Notes under the pieces: model-generated
Seen by the model: only the letters and a program-made list of their open reading frames with translations
Told to the model about the DNA's origin: nothing
Database searches by the model: none
Position numbers and translations under genes: made by a program
In this document: positions 1 through 12,704 of the stretch, one piece after another
Layout of the letters: every line of letters begins with the position of its first letter
How positions within the stretch are numbered: the first letter of the stretch is position 1
Assembly (NCBI RefSeq): GCF_030684315.1
Contig: NC_081357.1
Coordinates: 20,276,255 to 20,340,254, forward strand
DNA: 64,000 bases
From: Stegostoma tigrinum
Lineage: Eukaryota
Reading direction: 5' to 3'

Positions 1-873
1 CTCGTTGGCATACTGGTATTAGTGGAAGTTATTTGTGGAATGTTAATAACATGCATTCTGGCATATAGCCACTCTCCATGGTACGCCAGTGACAGTATTA
101 GTTGGATATCAATGACATGCATTTTAAATGAGCATGTTAATATCTCTCGAAAAACATTTGTGCATTCATTTTAACACTTGTTGCTGCAGCACAGGGTTTA
201 GAAAGGTTAAGGCCGAGTATTCATGTCTGTAACATGGATAGGATGTTCCTTTGCACTAGCAGGAATACCCTAACCCGGTGAGTTGCTCATCTCTGATGGA
301 GAGAAAATTAGGGCAGATCCCTGCCATTTATGATAAGAGCAGCTGAAGTCTGTCAGCTTATAAATGTGCATGATATTTTGACCCAGGGTCAGGTTTGTGA
401 CATAAGGGAATTTAAAACGATGCTGACTTGAGAGTACTTTTATGCTATTGCCGTTGTTAAGGGGACTGACGTGTGTGCAACACTGATTTCTGCAGTTGGC
501 TGGTTTGGAAACAGAAGATTGAGGGGATTACGGTCTCACCACAAAAAAGCAGCACAGGTCTGCTTTTTTTTTAATGAGGACATCACGTTCTCACATTAGC
601 TGCTGTTGTTACACAAGGGGTGGACCATACGTTCTGCTGAGACGTGAAAACCACCCTTGACTGCTGCTGACTTCAGCTTGGTGAGGTGCTTAAATGGAGT
701 TTTGCAACAAGAAAGGTGATGAGAACAAATTGATAATTCAGTGATGACAAGAATTATATCCCTATTTCAATTCAAATAAACCTCTTAATGTTCAATCTGA
801 ACTAGTTCAGTCTGGACAGTGCATTTAGTTTAACGCATGACCCTGACTGCAGCTGATACCCACGCTTGCCAGT

Positions 874-1216
874 ATCATAGAATCCCTACAGTGTGGAAAC
901 AGGCCATTCGGCCCATTGAGTCCACACTGCCCCTCTGAAGAGCACCCTGCCCAGATGCCACTACCTGTCCCTGTAACCCTGTATTTCTCATGGCTAACCC
1001 ACCTAGCCTGCACATCCCTGGCCACTATGGGGCAATTTAGCATGGTCAGTCCACCTAATCTGCACATCTTTGGACTGTGGGAGGAAACCAGAGCACCCAG
1101 AGGAAAGCCATGCAGACACGGGGAGAATGTGCAAACTGCACACAGACAGTCACCCCTGGAATTGAACCCAGGTTCCTGGCAATGTGAGGCAGCAGTGCCA
1201 ACTTCTTGGCACAGTG
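874..1216 (-). mobile_element. HE1-like tRNA-derived V-SINE
   Basis: Reverse strand shows a tRNA-like head, the V-domain core (gtttgcacattctccccgtgtctgc...ccacagtccaaagatgtgcag) and a CR1-like tail (ccacactgtagggattctatgat). Confidence 0.85.
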
Positions 1217-2194
1217 TTTCTGGGCAGTGGTCAGGAGTGAGTACCCTCACTGATCTTTCTACTGCATAAGGACACAGACCAACTGTAACTTTCCATTTAT
1301 GGTCACTAGCCAACGAGGATCTACTAATTCATCTCAGGACATTTATCAGGCTTGAAAGTTTCCTGGCTTGCACAACACCTCTCCCTGTATGAAATGAGCC
1401 AGCCATGTGGGGAGCTCCTGAACAAAGGATTTCAGTGACTACAAGGAGATTAATTGAATAACGAAGTAGTTGCTGAAAGCCAACGTTCGATACCAATTAC
1501 ATCAGTTACTGTAAAATATATTAACAGTGGGATGCTGTAGTTGCTAAAAGCAAGGATTAAACTGCCCAAGCTTATCTTGTATACATAGGGATGTATGTGT
1601 ACTAGTGGAATGGAATTCAGAGTTGATTTAGCAACAGCTATCCTGCATTTGAAAGCTAGCAGATCTTTTTCTTGGAAAAAAAACTGCTGATTGAGTGATA
1701 GTTTTATCCTGACAGTCACAGTGGGTCATTCTTTCAGTTCTCAATTTGCATCCAAATATGTTAATGTAATTTTAACAGTGGGTAAAATAAATGCTGCTTC
1801 AGCAGTAACATCCTCAATAGACTGAATTTCCTCTTGGGTTTGTTTTCTTGTTAATGCTCTGTAAGAGTGCAGATTGTAGCTAAATCTTGCTTCTGCCATG
1901 GGCTAAAAAATGCCAAGACTGAGTCAAGGTTTTATTTTAGCCTAACGCTTGCTGTGCTTCTAGAAGATGGGAATGAATCACTTCACAGCAACTTCCCTAC
2001 ACTGCCTTGATACAGCAACATTATGTCTCTACTTGAAAGAGAAGGTTGGGCCTCGGTTTACATGCCTCCAAAAGTCAGCAGTTCCAGAAGTAACACTGAA
2101 GCATCAAACACTTGAACTTACTGGTTATCTAAATATGCAATGTTTCGATTGCTACTTGAAAGGACTGTAGTAGCCAATAAGTCCAACATAACTT

Positions 2195-2830
2195 GGGGGG
2201 AAATGATGGCCTAGCCGTATTGTCATTAAACTATTAATCCAGAGACTCATCTAATGTTCAAGGCAGCCAGTTCAAAGCCTACCACAGCACATATTTGTTT
2301 ATTCATTCACAGGATGATGGTGTCCCTGGCCAGGCCAGGTAAGGATAGCAGTTTCCTTTCCTCAAAGACATTAGTGAACCAGATGGGTTTTTCCCAACAA
2401 TCAACAATGGATTCATGGTCATCATTAGATTCATAATTCAAGATATTTCTCTAATTCAATTCCATCATCTGCCATCATGGGATTTGAACCTGGGGCCCCA
2501 GAACATTACCTGGGTCTCTGGATTAACAGTCCAGTGATAATACCACGAGGCCATTGGCTCCTCTAATTTAGATGGTGGAATTTGAATTCAGTTTTTTAAA
2601 AAACCTGTAATTAAGAGTCTAATGATTGCCATAAACAATTGGCAATTATCAGGAAAAACCTATCTAGTTCACTAATGCCTTTTAGGGAGGAAAACCACCA
2701 TCGTTACCTGGTCTGACGTACATGTGACTCCAGACCCACAGCAATGTGGTTGACTCCTAACTGACCTCTGACCACTCAAGGCAATAAATGCTGGCAATAC
2801 TTTCAACTTGTGAATGAATAAAAAAAATTA
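2195..2830 (+). mobile_element. SINE family 2 copy interrupted by an antisense copy of the same family (2294-2563)
   Basis: Head at 2195-2290, inverted copy, then the body resumes at agatggtggaatttgaattc and ends tgaatgaataaaaaaaa. Confidence 0.78.
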
Positions 2831-3091
2831 CCATCTAAGGAGGAGAGTTCTAAATTTCTATTATCCTTTGTGCGTAAGAGTGTTTTCCACTTGAGTGCTG
2901 ACAAATGTGGCTGTAACATTTAGTTGTGGCCGAAGTAGTAGGCTGCTAAACCGGTGGAAATATTTTTTCCATTTACTGTGTCTGATTTCTTTCATAAAAA
3001 CTTGAAATGTTGAAAAATGAAAACTTGAATCAAATCGTCCCTTGATCAGATCAGTTTTGCAAAATATAGCACTCATTTGTGTAACCTTTCC

Positions 3092-3715
3092 TTGTATAAT
3101 GCTAGCATCATACCTTTCCTGTTACAATTACAGCCCAAAACAATTTTGATCTTTAAAATCTGCAGGGTGTACAGTGACGCTGAGATGAAATGCCAAATAG
3201 TGTAAAAGCAAAATACTATAGACGCTGGAAATCTGAAACAAACTAGAGTGCTGGAGAATCTCAGCATGTCTGGCAACATCTGTGGAGAGAAATAGTTAAT
3301 GTTCTGAGTCTGGTATGACTGCTGTTTGGTATCTCAGCAGAATAGAATGGATAAACTGGGATTTTACAGCTGAATAATTACCTCTGAATTCCAAGGATGG
3401 CAAGTTTGTCATGTGGAGAGATTTTCTGTGTTTCCTATGTCAGATCAGAAGATATCAACTAAAATTTGAGATAATTGTTTATATAAGCTATTTCAGGAAA
3501 GGTTTCTTTTATAGTGCAAATCTTTGGAACACTTGCCTTTTTTAATTCTTTCATGGGATGAGGGCTTTGCTAACAAAGCCGAGATAGAACATAGAAAAGT
3601 ACAACACTGTACAGGCCCTTCGGCCAACGATGTTCTGCCGTGGAATAATCCTAATAAATATATTGTATAGTGCTAGCATCATACCTTTCCTGTTGCAATT
3701 GCATCCCAAGACAAT
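3092..3715 (+). repeat. 53-bp dispersed direct repeat (3092-3144 and 3663-3715)
   Basis: ttgtata(a/g)tgctagcatcatacctttcctgtt(a/g)caatt(a/g)ca(g/t)cccaa(a/g)acaat; 48/53 identical. Confidence 0.88.
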
Positions 3716-3779
3716 AATTGATATATTGCCTATTCCTCGCCTACAATTGAGCTGCCTTCTTGAACTGTTGTAACATAGT

Positions 3780-4670
3780 AATTTAAATGGAGAACAAGGA
3801 AATGGAGAGTTGGAGACGGGTGAGGTGAAAATGAGAGGAGAGATGGAAATTGGAAATAAAATTGGTTGATCTTTCCAATTCCAAGTGGGAGAAGGAAACA
3901 GCAGCACATGCATCATTAGCACATTGGAGGAAGAGTTGTGGGTGGGGGGGGCCTGAGTCGGACTTGAGCAAGAAATACTCCACATATCCCACAAAGAGAC
4001 AGGCATAGCTGGGACCTGTATGGGTAGCCATGACCACATCCTTGACGTGGAGACAGTGAGATGAGTTATAGGAGAAGCTGTTCAACATAAGAATGAGCTG
4101 AGCCAGAGAAAGTAAGGTAGTGGCGGATGAAGAACATTCAGGCCTCTTTTCAAGGAAGAAACAAAGAGCCTTGATGGGAAGTAGACATGTAGAGGGATTG
4201 CACGTCCATGATGAAGAGGTGACAGCTGAGGCCAGAGAACTGGAAATTATGGAACCGATATAAAGTTCAGAAGGATCACAAATGTAAATGGAAACCGGCT
4301 GAACAAGGAGGGGAACACAGGTACAATTGTGAGAAGTAAGCTCAGTGGGGCAGGTATGAGTGAAATAATAGCTCTGCCCAGGCAGTTTTGTTTCTGCGCC
4401 TATTCTGCATTTATGTCACTCTTCTTGACTGCCTCCTGTTCTCTATTACTCAGGGCACCCTCGCCATCCGTCCACTTTTCCTCTTCGTTCATAAATAAAG
4501 TAAAAGCCTTCATTTTCCAGCATCTTTCAGTTCTGAGGAAAAGACATATTGGATTCAGAACATTAACTCCATTTCTCTCTCTGCAGACATTATTAGACAT
4601 GCTGAATTTCTCCAGCAATTTCTGATTTTATTTTGGATCTCCAGTATCACAGTACTTTGTTTTTACATTC
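3780..4670 (-). mobile_element. Penelope-like element remnant: RT fragment (-) plus inverted terminal repeat (+, 4420-4670)
   Basis: Minus-strand VVMATHTGPSYACLFVGYVE corresponds to the PLE RT motif GxAMGxxMGPSYAxLF. The terminal repeat at 4530-4670 has an oppositely oriented counterpart at 3203-3320. Confidence 0.75.
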
Positions 4671-6899
4671 AGAGTTGATGAATTTGCGAGGTAATCTTTT
4701 CAATAGTCGGAGCTAGATTGGATAAAAGAGCGTACTTGCTTAGGATGAATATAATTCACAAGTAACACTTTCTACAGTTGATTTTGCTGTATATGCATGC
4801 TACCTTGATCCGGTCCTGTGCCACAGGGTGTAATACTGGAGATGTGCATAACAGTCATTACACAGATGTCTGTATTTCGGTTCAGTTGCATGCATTTTTC
4901 CCAATGTTTCTTTTGGGTCAGATTGTTCATTTCAGCAGCTGCATGCTTTTTGAGATCTGGCAAGCTCTGACAACCACCGTCCATTCTTATTTTAAAAGGA
5001 TGTATGAGTGTACAAGCAGAATTAAAAACATATCAGCATTTGCAGCTGAAGACATTTTGTCATGTATTTTTAAATCGTTTAAAAACAGAGGAGTACAAAT
5101 CATTACCAAAACAAAGCAGCCTTGCTTGATCGTATGGCAACAATAGCCCAAAGATGTCTGAGTCACTGCAGTAAGTCAACTGGTGTCTCTTTTTGAGAAT
5201 TGACTCATTTTCATAAGAAGGACTGGACATCCTGGAAAAAGCTGAGCTGTGAAACGAAATTTTATTTACCTCGTATGGCTTTTTGCCACATGGTTGGATC
5301 CTCATGTCGGTAAAAAGAACTGAAAACATTGCAACTCTGGGTCATTTGTTGAATTGTGGTTTTTATTATTGCTGCAACTGGATCTTGATATTTTGGGGGA
5401 AGAAATTTGTTCCCTTATCAATGTCATGGAGCTTATTCAGGTAGCAGTCCATAATACTGCCTAGCCCCCAGGAGCGGGCACAAGTCTGTGTGGTATGGTG
5501 GTTGCAAGCTTCTCTTTTCTAGACACCAGAAGGATCGATTGCTGAATCATTTGCATTTTACAGTATCATTTCTGAGTGAACGCATGCAAATACTGCATTT
5601 TTTTTAAAAAAAGAAAATAGTTTTAATGCACATGAAATTGAAAAAAAAGTCTCATTTGAAAGGATTGTGCTGAAATTGCACTCAGTGATATGAATCATAA
5701 ACTCATTAGCTTTAACATACAGATGACCCTTTGACAAAACTGGACAAGGCTCAATAATTTGGGCATATTGTGGTAGCCTGTTCAACCTGATGCAAACATT
5801 TTGCAAACTTTGTTATGCCTGTTGATTTTAAACAGTAGGCGCTGTAGCCCAGCAGGACATGGGCTGTGAGTGGCTGCAGAGCTCAGCCAGCAGCCCATGT
5901 TCATGCATGTACTATGTAAAGCCAGCCTGTTAAAAGGGAAGTGCACTCTTAGAGCCAGTTTTGGAAGTGTCTGAGCAGGAAGAGGGTAATGGTGAGATAG
6001 GCCAAAGGGTGTTCTTGCAGATTTGCATTACTGGAGGCCTTGGTGCAGGAAGAGAGAGGCTGTTTCACAACAGCAGATCAGAAGGCTGGCCAGACACAAA
6101 TATCTGTGAAGACCGGGGGCAGATAGTGGCAGTGTTGGTTAGCGTCAGCAGTGTAACCCAAAGGACTGAGTGCAGTTTGGCAAGAAGTGCAGTGACTCTA
6201 CATTAATGCTTATCATCAATGAATCCAATTTTAACTACCATCCGCTACCAGCAACAGCATTAACCTCGCAAAGTGTTCATTTCACCACCTCGATACAATC
6301 ACTCACAGGCAGCCATGACTCAATATCACTTTCGGTTTCATTGCTCCCTCATATGCATAACGTACACACAGCATTCTCCAAAAGCTTGTGATCTTAAATA
6401 AACCTATTGGACTCATAACCTGGTGTTGTGCAACTTCTAACCTATTCAGTAATGACAGACACATCGTCCAAAAACATTACAGCACTTTCATTCATGCAGT
6501 TCTGTATTCCCAGGCAAGATGACACATTAGGACAGGCACCTATCTAATGGGAGACTGGATCTCCTTGCCCATTTTAGGAGATGACACTCGTTGTCATTGG
6601 AACAGATGTGTCTGTAACCAGGGGCAGGGCTAACACCATTGAGGATGTCTGTATATTACTATCTACTCCTCCTGTTTGCATCCCACATCTTCTTCATCCT
6701 TACCTCTCGTCTGATTCACAAGCTTGCAACCCTTACATCCTCCCCACTGTTACCTCATTGCAGCTCTGTTGTTGAACCTTTCTCCCTTCAGATGCCCAAG
6801 TATTAACACTTGGCCAGGCAATGGTATCAAATGTATGAGGATTCAGACATTGACAGAATACATGCAGTTGATCTCACTCTGAGCCACTAGCAAAAGCTG

Positions 6900-8220
6900 A
6901 CATTATTCATATTTGGTAGCAAGGAGGCATGAATATAAATCAGCTACAGCCATGGTAGGGGTTAAGGACGAGTTGCAGGCAGGTCCTGCTGTAGAGGAGG
7001 ACACTGATGAAGAGTTTAATGAATTGGCTCACAGAAAACGATTGATGAGCTTGCATAATGAAAATGCTTTGTGCATCGGCAGGCATGCCACAAAACCTGT
7101 CATCGTAATCAAGGAGCAGGGAGGAGTGCAGTATTGACTTGCCAAGAAGCCTCGCACAGAACCCGTCCTTCCCATCATGAAAGTGACAGCCAATCCACAA
7201 GAACACTTGTAGGCCCAGTTAACTTCCTTGGTATCCATTTACCTGAGCAGGAGGGGTCAGTCTGTCTTCCTCGATTGTTCATTTGAATTTCTTCAATATA
7301 AACTCGACCCAGCTCTTTCCCCTTCCAAACCAATGACACTTGCTGACAAAATAAAAAGTATTCCAGGTCTTTTTAGTCAAGCTTATCAAGCATATGATGA
7401 CATATACCCTAGGACAGGTAAGACTTTATCCCAGCTGAGACTCTAGCCTAGAGGTAGGTATATTACTGCAATGGCACAAGACCTTATCCAGCCCAGATGT
7501 AAACAAATGCCCCAATGAATATCAGCTGACCTCTTTATCTCTGGAGTATGTCTGGTGGCTTCTTGGTATCATATATAACATTGTCAGACCAAATCATGGT
7601 CTGACAGCTGAAGTCTCAATCTCCATTGGATGGAGGATGAAGCAATGCAAGCCTAGCTTATTGTCATACAGGCATGGAGAGCTAGCAGTATGGCTGCAGA
7701 ATCTAACAGCCATGAGATGGTTTATGTTGGTGGCTCAAATAGTGATGGCACAAATGACTGCTGCTTTAATGCCCAGCAATCACCTGCGTGACATGTTGTA
7801 CCTGATCACAGATCAGCCGCACATTCATGGAATACAACCCTTTGCAGTACATCTTTTCTTAAATTCAAATGCAGCACCCACTTGTGTAAAATAGAGTTGA
7901 GACATGCACACTACTGATTGCTAAAGTCTCTGAAAGGACCTTCTGCTGAGAATCCTTCTGTCATTTCACCTCATCTCTGTGTGAGGAGCTGATCCTCCTC
8001 AGTGTTGCCTCTGTGCAATTTTCCTGACATGCCCTGGGTAGAGGGGATGGTATCTGTGACCAGAGGCAAGTGGTAGGATCAGCTCCCCTGAACCAAAGCA
8101 AATACCAGGTCAACATCACACCAACAGTTTTAACTGGCTGTAGAAAACTCAACACCTTTAAACTAACATGAACAGAGTTAGTAGAAATCAGTTGGTAGCT
8201 AACATGAACGTAGTTGATGA
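6900..8220 (-). mobile_element. Highly decayed PIF/Harbinger DNA transposon
   Basis: Minus strand ~7770-7850 reads CKGLYSMNVRLICDQ (cf. Harbinger NRKGxHSINVQLVCD). The + strand 6913-7137 may be a remnant of the companion Myb/SANT ORF. Confidence 0.5.
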
Positions 8221-10519
8221 TCACTGTAGTATCCTGAATGAGTGTTCAGCTGTGTAAGGTTAAGCGAGCGTGCTAGAGAGAGCACAGAGGTCAAAAATGG
8301 TAGTGGGCTGCAGCGTCATGCCCTGATTGAATACCATGATCACCTCACTCATCATATATTTGGCGCACATTGGTAATTCTTGTGTGAAACTGGTATCCGT
8401 TAAGACTCATACCCAAGCGTGGAACCGAAAGGTCCTTGTGGCAATGGAAAGACACTTGTTATGCAAACAAATTTTATAACTATCTGTTATTTCAGGAAGA
8501 AACCAGTGGATTCGACACTGGCAACTCGTTGCGAGCTCCCTACGGCAGATCTTATTCTCACGTTTCTTACAATCATTCCGCAATTTTGAACCCAATTACG
8601 AACAATGTTCTTTTAAATCTACTTCAAATTTAATGTTGATCTTGCTTTTGTGTGTCTCCTGTGCAGCCACAAATCAGTGTGCCTCGCTCTGTTCAATTAC
8701 CCTCTGATCTAGCACGTCCTTGTATGTTATGATCTGCCTGTACTGCACGCAAAACCAAACTTTTCACTTACTAACATAAAATCAAATCAGATCAAGATAA
8801 TTCCTTCCTTAAAAATATTGGAAATAATTTGATAAAAGCCATAAAAAGTAATGATTGATATTACTCAGTGAAATTTCATGCATTTGTACTTATTTTGAAT
8901 CTCCTGTTATGTCTGATGTTGTTGTTTTGTTGTGTTTTGGAAAGCGACTACTTATTTATTTATGTAATGCAAAATCCACTGAGGAGAGGGGGTAGGGATA
9001 TGAAAGCTAAGTCAATGTTGCATTGCTTAACAAGAGAGTAGCTAGTACAATGGACTGATTTTGCTTCGTTATTGTTTTGTAACTAGTATACAGAACAAAA
9101 AGGGCATAAGCAGCATTGATCGGAAACTTACACTTCAGAAATTTTTCACCCTGGCACTTAAACAGTAATCCTTCAGATGTGGGCTGAGCATCTATGTAGT
9201 AATGTGCAGCAGACTTCCAGCAAGCAGAATTGACAGCTTGCAAAGGTTTTATACTGGACAACACTCATACATAATGGAACCCTTGTGAATGGGCATATTG
9301 TACACTTAATAATCAGTCTTGTATCTCTAGCAGAAATGTTGTGAAGGCTTTTCAATTTGTGACTAAATGTCACTCTGTGCAGAAGGCAATTTGTTGCTTG
9401 TTATGAAAGGTCGAGCTTCCAGGAAGCACCTATCGAGTATTCGGTCTGCCTGTCAGCTGCTGTTTGTGGAACTGAATTAAATGACTCATCAGCAAGTGAC
9501 TTTTTGAGAAACTGCTTAGGATATTTCAATTTCCTTAAGACGAACATTGTTCAGACACCAAATACATGTTTTGTCGTATAACCTTTGCAAACCAGACTTG
9601 CAGGGAAACTAAGTAATATTTGTACTAACTATTCAACAGTTGAATAATATGTAATCATTTTGAAGTACCTTAAAATTACTCCACATTCTATTATGCCTGC
9701 AAAAACAGTCATTAATGTCCTGTGTATGACAGCTGTAAGCAACACAATGTTATCAAATAAGTGAAGTTTGTTAAGCCAATTTGGCTAACTTGAATCAGTG
9801 ATGAGTCAGTGCAGCTGCTATATTGATGAGTGCACCCACACTCATCACAGCAGCTGTACCTTTACACATGCTGCATGTTCAGTAATGATGAATTATTATA
9901 CGTAATATCACAGTGAAACACCACAGAAAGATTTGGTTATGTGTCTGCGATTTATGTAGATTGTGCCTAAAACTTGGAATTGAGGCCTGCTCTGAATGGT
10001 ATTACAAGAAATCGCAGTAATGAGTTTGGAACTTCAGTGACAATACATACTTGCATGAAATATTTCCACATCCGCTAATGTGTGAACACTTGTTAACTGG
10101 TAAAGTGTGATCAAGTCAAATTTTTGAATAATCAGTTGGCAAGTCCACTGGTGATCCAATTTAATGGTAGCTATCTGCTGTTTCACAGTTTGCAAGATAT
10201 TTCTCAAAACAATTATTCATAATTTTTAAAGTTCATTGTTTATTCCACAACCAGCTCTAATAATATTGTCAAACCTTAAAATAACTACAGCAGGTAAGAA
10301 AATAAACTCGAAAATGTAAATTGCTCTACTGAGAACATGGCATTGTTTCTGAAACACAGAGTAAATTTTGGTCCTTGAGGTGCCAATGGACTATGTGTTG
10401 AAGTATAGTTGCTCGTTCGTAGCAAAGGTCCCAGCTAATATACACAGCAAGACCCGACAAATGGCAGTGAGATGAAGTATCATTTCTTGATTGAGGGAAT
10501 GTGCTCATCAGATCTTACC

Positions 10520-11490
10520 TGGTACAACCTGCGGTTGTTGGAGGTTGGTCATCCCAGGGCCATGAGTTCCTCAGGCTAACCATCTGCGGCTGCTTCATCA
10601 GTGACCTTTCCTTCATCATAAGGTCAGAAGTGGTGATGCCTGCTGATGGTTGCACAATGTTCAGCACTAGTTGTGACTTCTCAGATACTGAAGCAATCCA
10701 TGTCCATATGCGACAAGACTTGGACAATATCCAGGCTTGGGCTGATGGGTGGCATGTAACATTCATGCCACAAAAGTGCCAGAAAATTACCATCTCCAAC
10801 AAAAGTGAATCTAACCATCGTCTCTTGGTGTTCAGTGGCAATGCCCCCAGCTATCCCCAACCTGCAGGTTACCATTGACCGGAAACACTGAATCTAAGTA
10901 GCTATCTAATTACTGTGGCTACAAGAGGAGGTAAGAGGCTAAGAATCCTGCACTTCCTGACTCTCCTAATCCTGGTCCACCATCTACAAGCTGAAAGTCA
11001 GTATTGTGATGGAATACTTCCCACTTGCCTGAAAGAGTACAACTCCAACAACATTCAAGATGCTTGTCACCATCCTGGACAAAGTTAAGCCATGTAATTG
11101 GCTCCAAAACCATAAACATTCACTCTCTCCACCACGAGCAACAGTGTGTACATCTACAAGATGCACTGCAGAAATTCACTAAAGCTCCTGAAACTGCACC
11201 TTCCAAACTCAAGACCACTTCCGTCTAGAAGACAAGAGCAGCAGATACATGGAAACACCAGTACCTGCAATTCCCCTCCAAGCTACTCGCCATCCTGATT
11301 TATAAATATATCGCCATTCCTTTAGTGTCACTGGTTCAAAGTCCTGAAACACCATTCTTGACAGCATTGTGGATCTACCTAAAGCAAATGGACTGCATTG
11401 TTCAAAATGCCTTCTCCATCTTCTCAAGGGCAACTAAGGACGGGCAATAAATGCTGGCCAAACTAGAATCCCATGTGCACAGAATAAAAG
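10520..11490 (+). mobile_element. Degenerate LINE 3' half (RT C-terminus and 3' UTR), second CR1/L2-group family
   Basis: Translates to DLDNIQAWADGWHVTFMPQKCQ; the 3' end gggcaataaatgctggcc matches the SINE family 2 tail. Confidence 0.8.
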
Positions 11491-12445
11491 AGCACATGGT
11501 TATTCTACTTAATAGTGTTCAGCATATCATTTCCAATCACTTTTAAACCTTATTTCGTCCTTTAATATCTCAGCAGAAGCCACTCCATGACAGTGCAGAG
11601 GTCTGTCAGTATTGCATAGAAGTATCATTGAAATATCAGCATTTCTAATTTATTTGGCTCCAATTTAATCATTGTGATAGGTAAGAGCCGTAGAGATGTA
11701 CGGCACAGAAACAGAGCCTTCAGTCCAACTTGTCCATGCCAACCAGTGATCCTAAATAAATCTAGTTCCATTTGCCAGCATTTGACCCATATCTCAGTGA
11801 AATACATTTCTCTACATTGGAAATAATGTCCGTCGTCTCATGATTGACTTGTTCTGCTTGTCTGCAGTGGTGACAGATAAATTTGTACGTTAAAGTGTTC
11901 TGTTTCTGATGCTGTGTCAGTGGAAGAGGGAGAGAAGGATGTCAAGGAATTGGAGTAATATTGTTGAGATTTTTGTGCAAGAGGAAAGCTTTGACTTCTC
12001 AAGTGTACAATGTATACAATAAGTATCCATTTTTCAACTTCAGCTTTTCTTTGTCTTTACTTTCAAGAAAACACTTTCAGGTGCTCATTCAATATATTGT
12101 TTGAAATAACTTGTCTTTGTAATTTTATTTGTTTCTGTTAGTACTTTGGATGCTCTCTTCCCTGAATTTTAGGACTTGCATCGCGAGGTTTTGGAATCCC
12201 GCTGCACTTTGGTGTGTAATCCAGTTTGCTGATTCAGCACTGCATTGTCAGACATCCCATCCTTTCGATGAATTGTTAAAGCTGCAATAGGAAATGGATA
12301 GGCCTGGCTTCATAAACTTGAATTCATCCACGAGTCTACTACCAGTGTCCTTCCTTGCACCAAGTTCCATACACACTTCTCCCACATGCTGCTGATCCAT
12401 TGGCTCCCAATCAAGGAATTCATCGATTGTGAAATGTTGGGAAAG

Positions 12446-12702
12446 TGATGGCAGATGGTGGAATTTGAATTCAATAAAATATCTGGAATTAAGAGTCTAA
12501 TGATGACCACGAGTCCATTGTTGATCATCAGAAAAACCCATCTAGTTCACTAATGTCCTTTAGGGAAGGAAACTGTCATCCTTACTTAGTCTGGCCTACA
12601 TGTGAGTCCAGACCCACACCAATGTGGTTGACTCTGAACTGCCTTCTGGGCAATTAGGGATGGGCAATAAAAGCTGCCCGCATCCCATGAATGAACAAAA
12701 AA
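12446..12702 (+). mobile_element. SINE family 2, 5'-truncated
   Basis: atggcagatggtggaatttgaattc...gggcaattagggatgggcaataaa...atgaatgaacaaaaaaa. Confidence 0.8.
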
Positions 12703-12704
12703 AA

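Noticed and set aside
290-700. GATA, CRE-half, MARE-like (tgctgacttcagc) and TGACCC-A-GGGTCA motifs
   Set aside because: Short motifs without independent evidence; too weak to call an enhancer.
825-1313. 162-aa and 117-aa ORFs (also the ORFs at 41742-42100 and 53910-54289)
   Set aside because: They are translations of HE1-like SINE copies, recur at each copy, and have no protein motifs or splice context.
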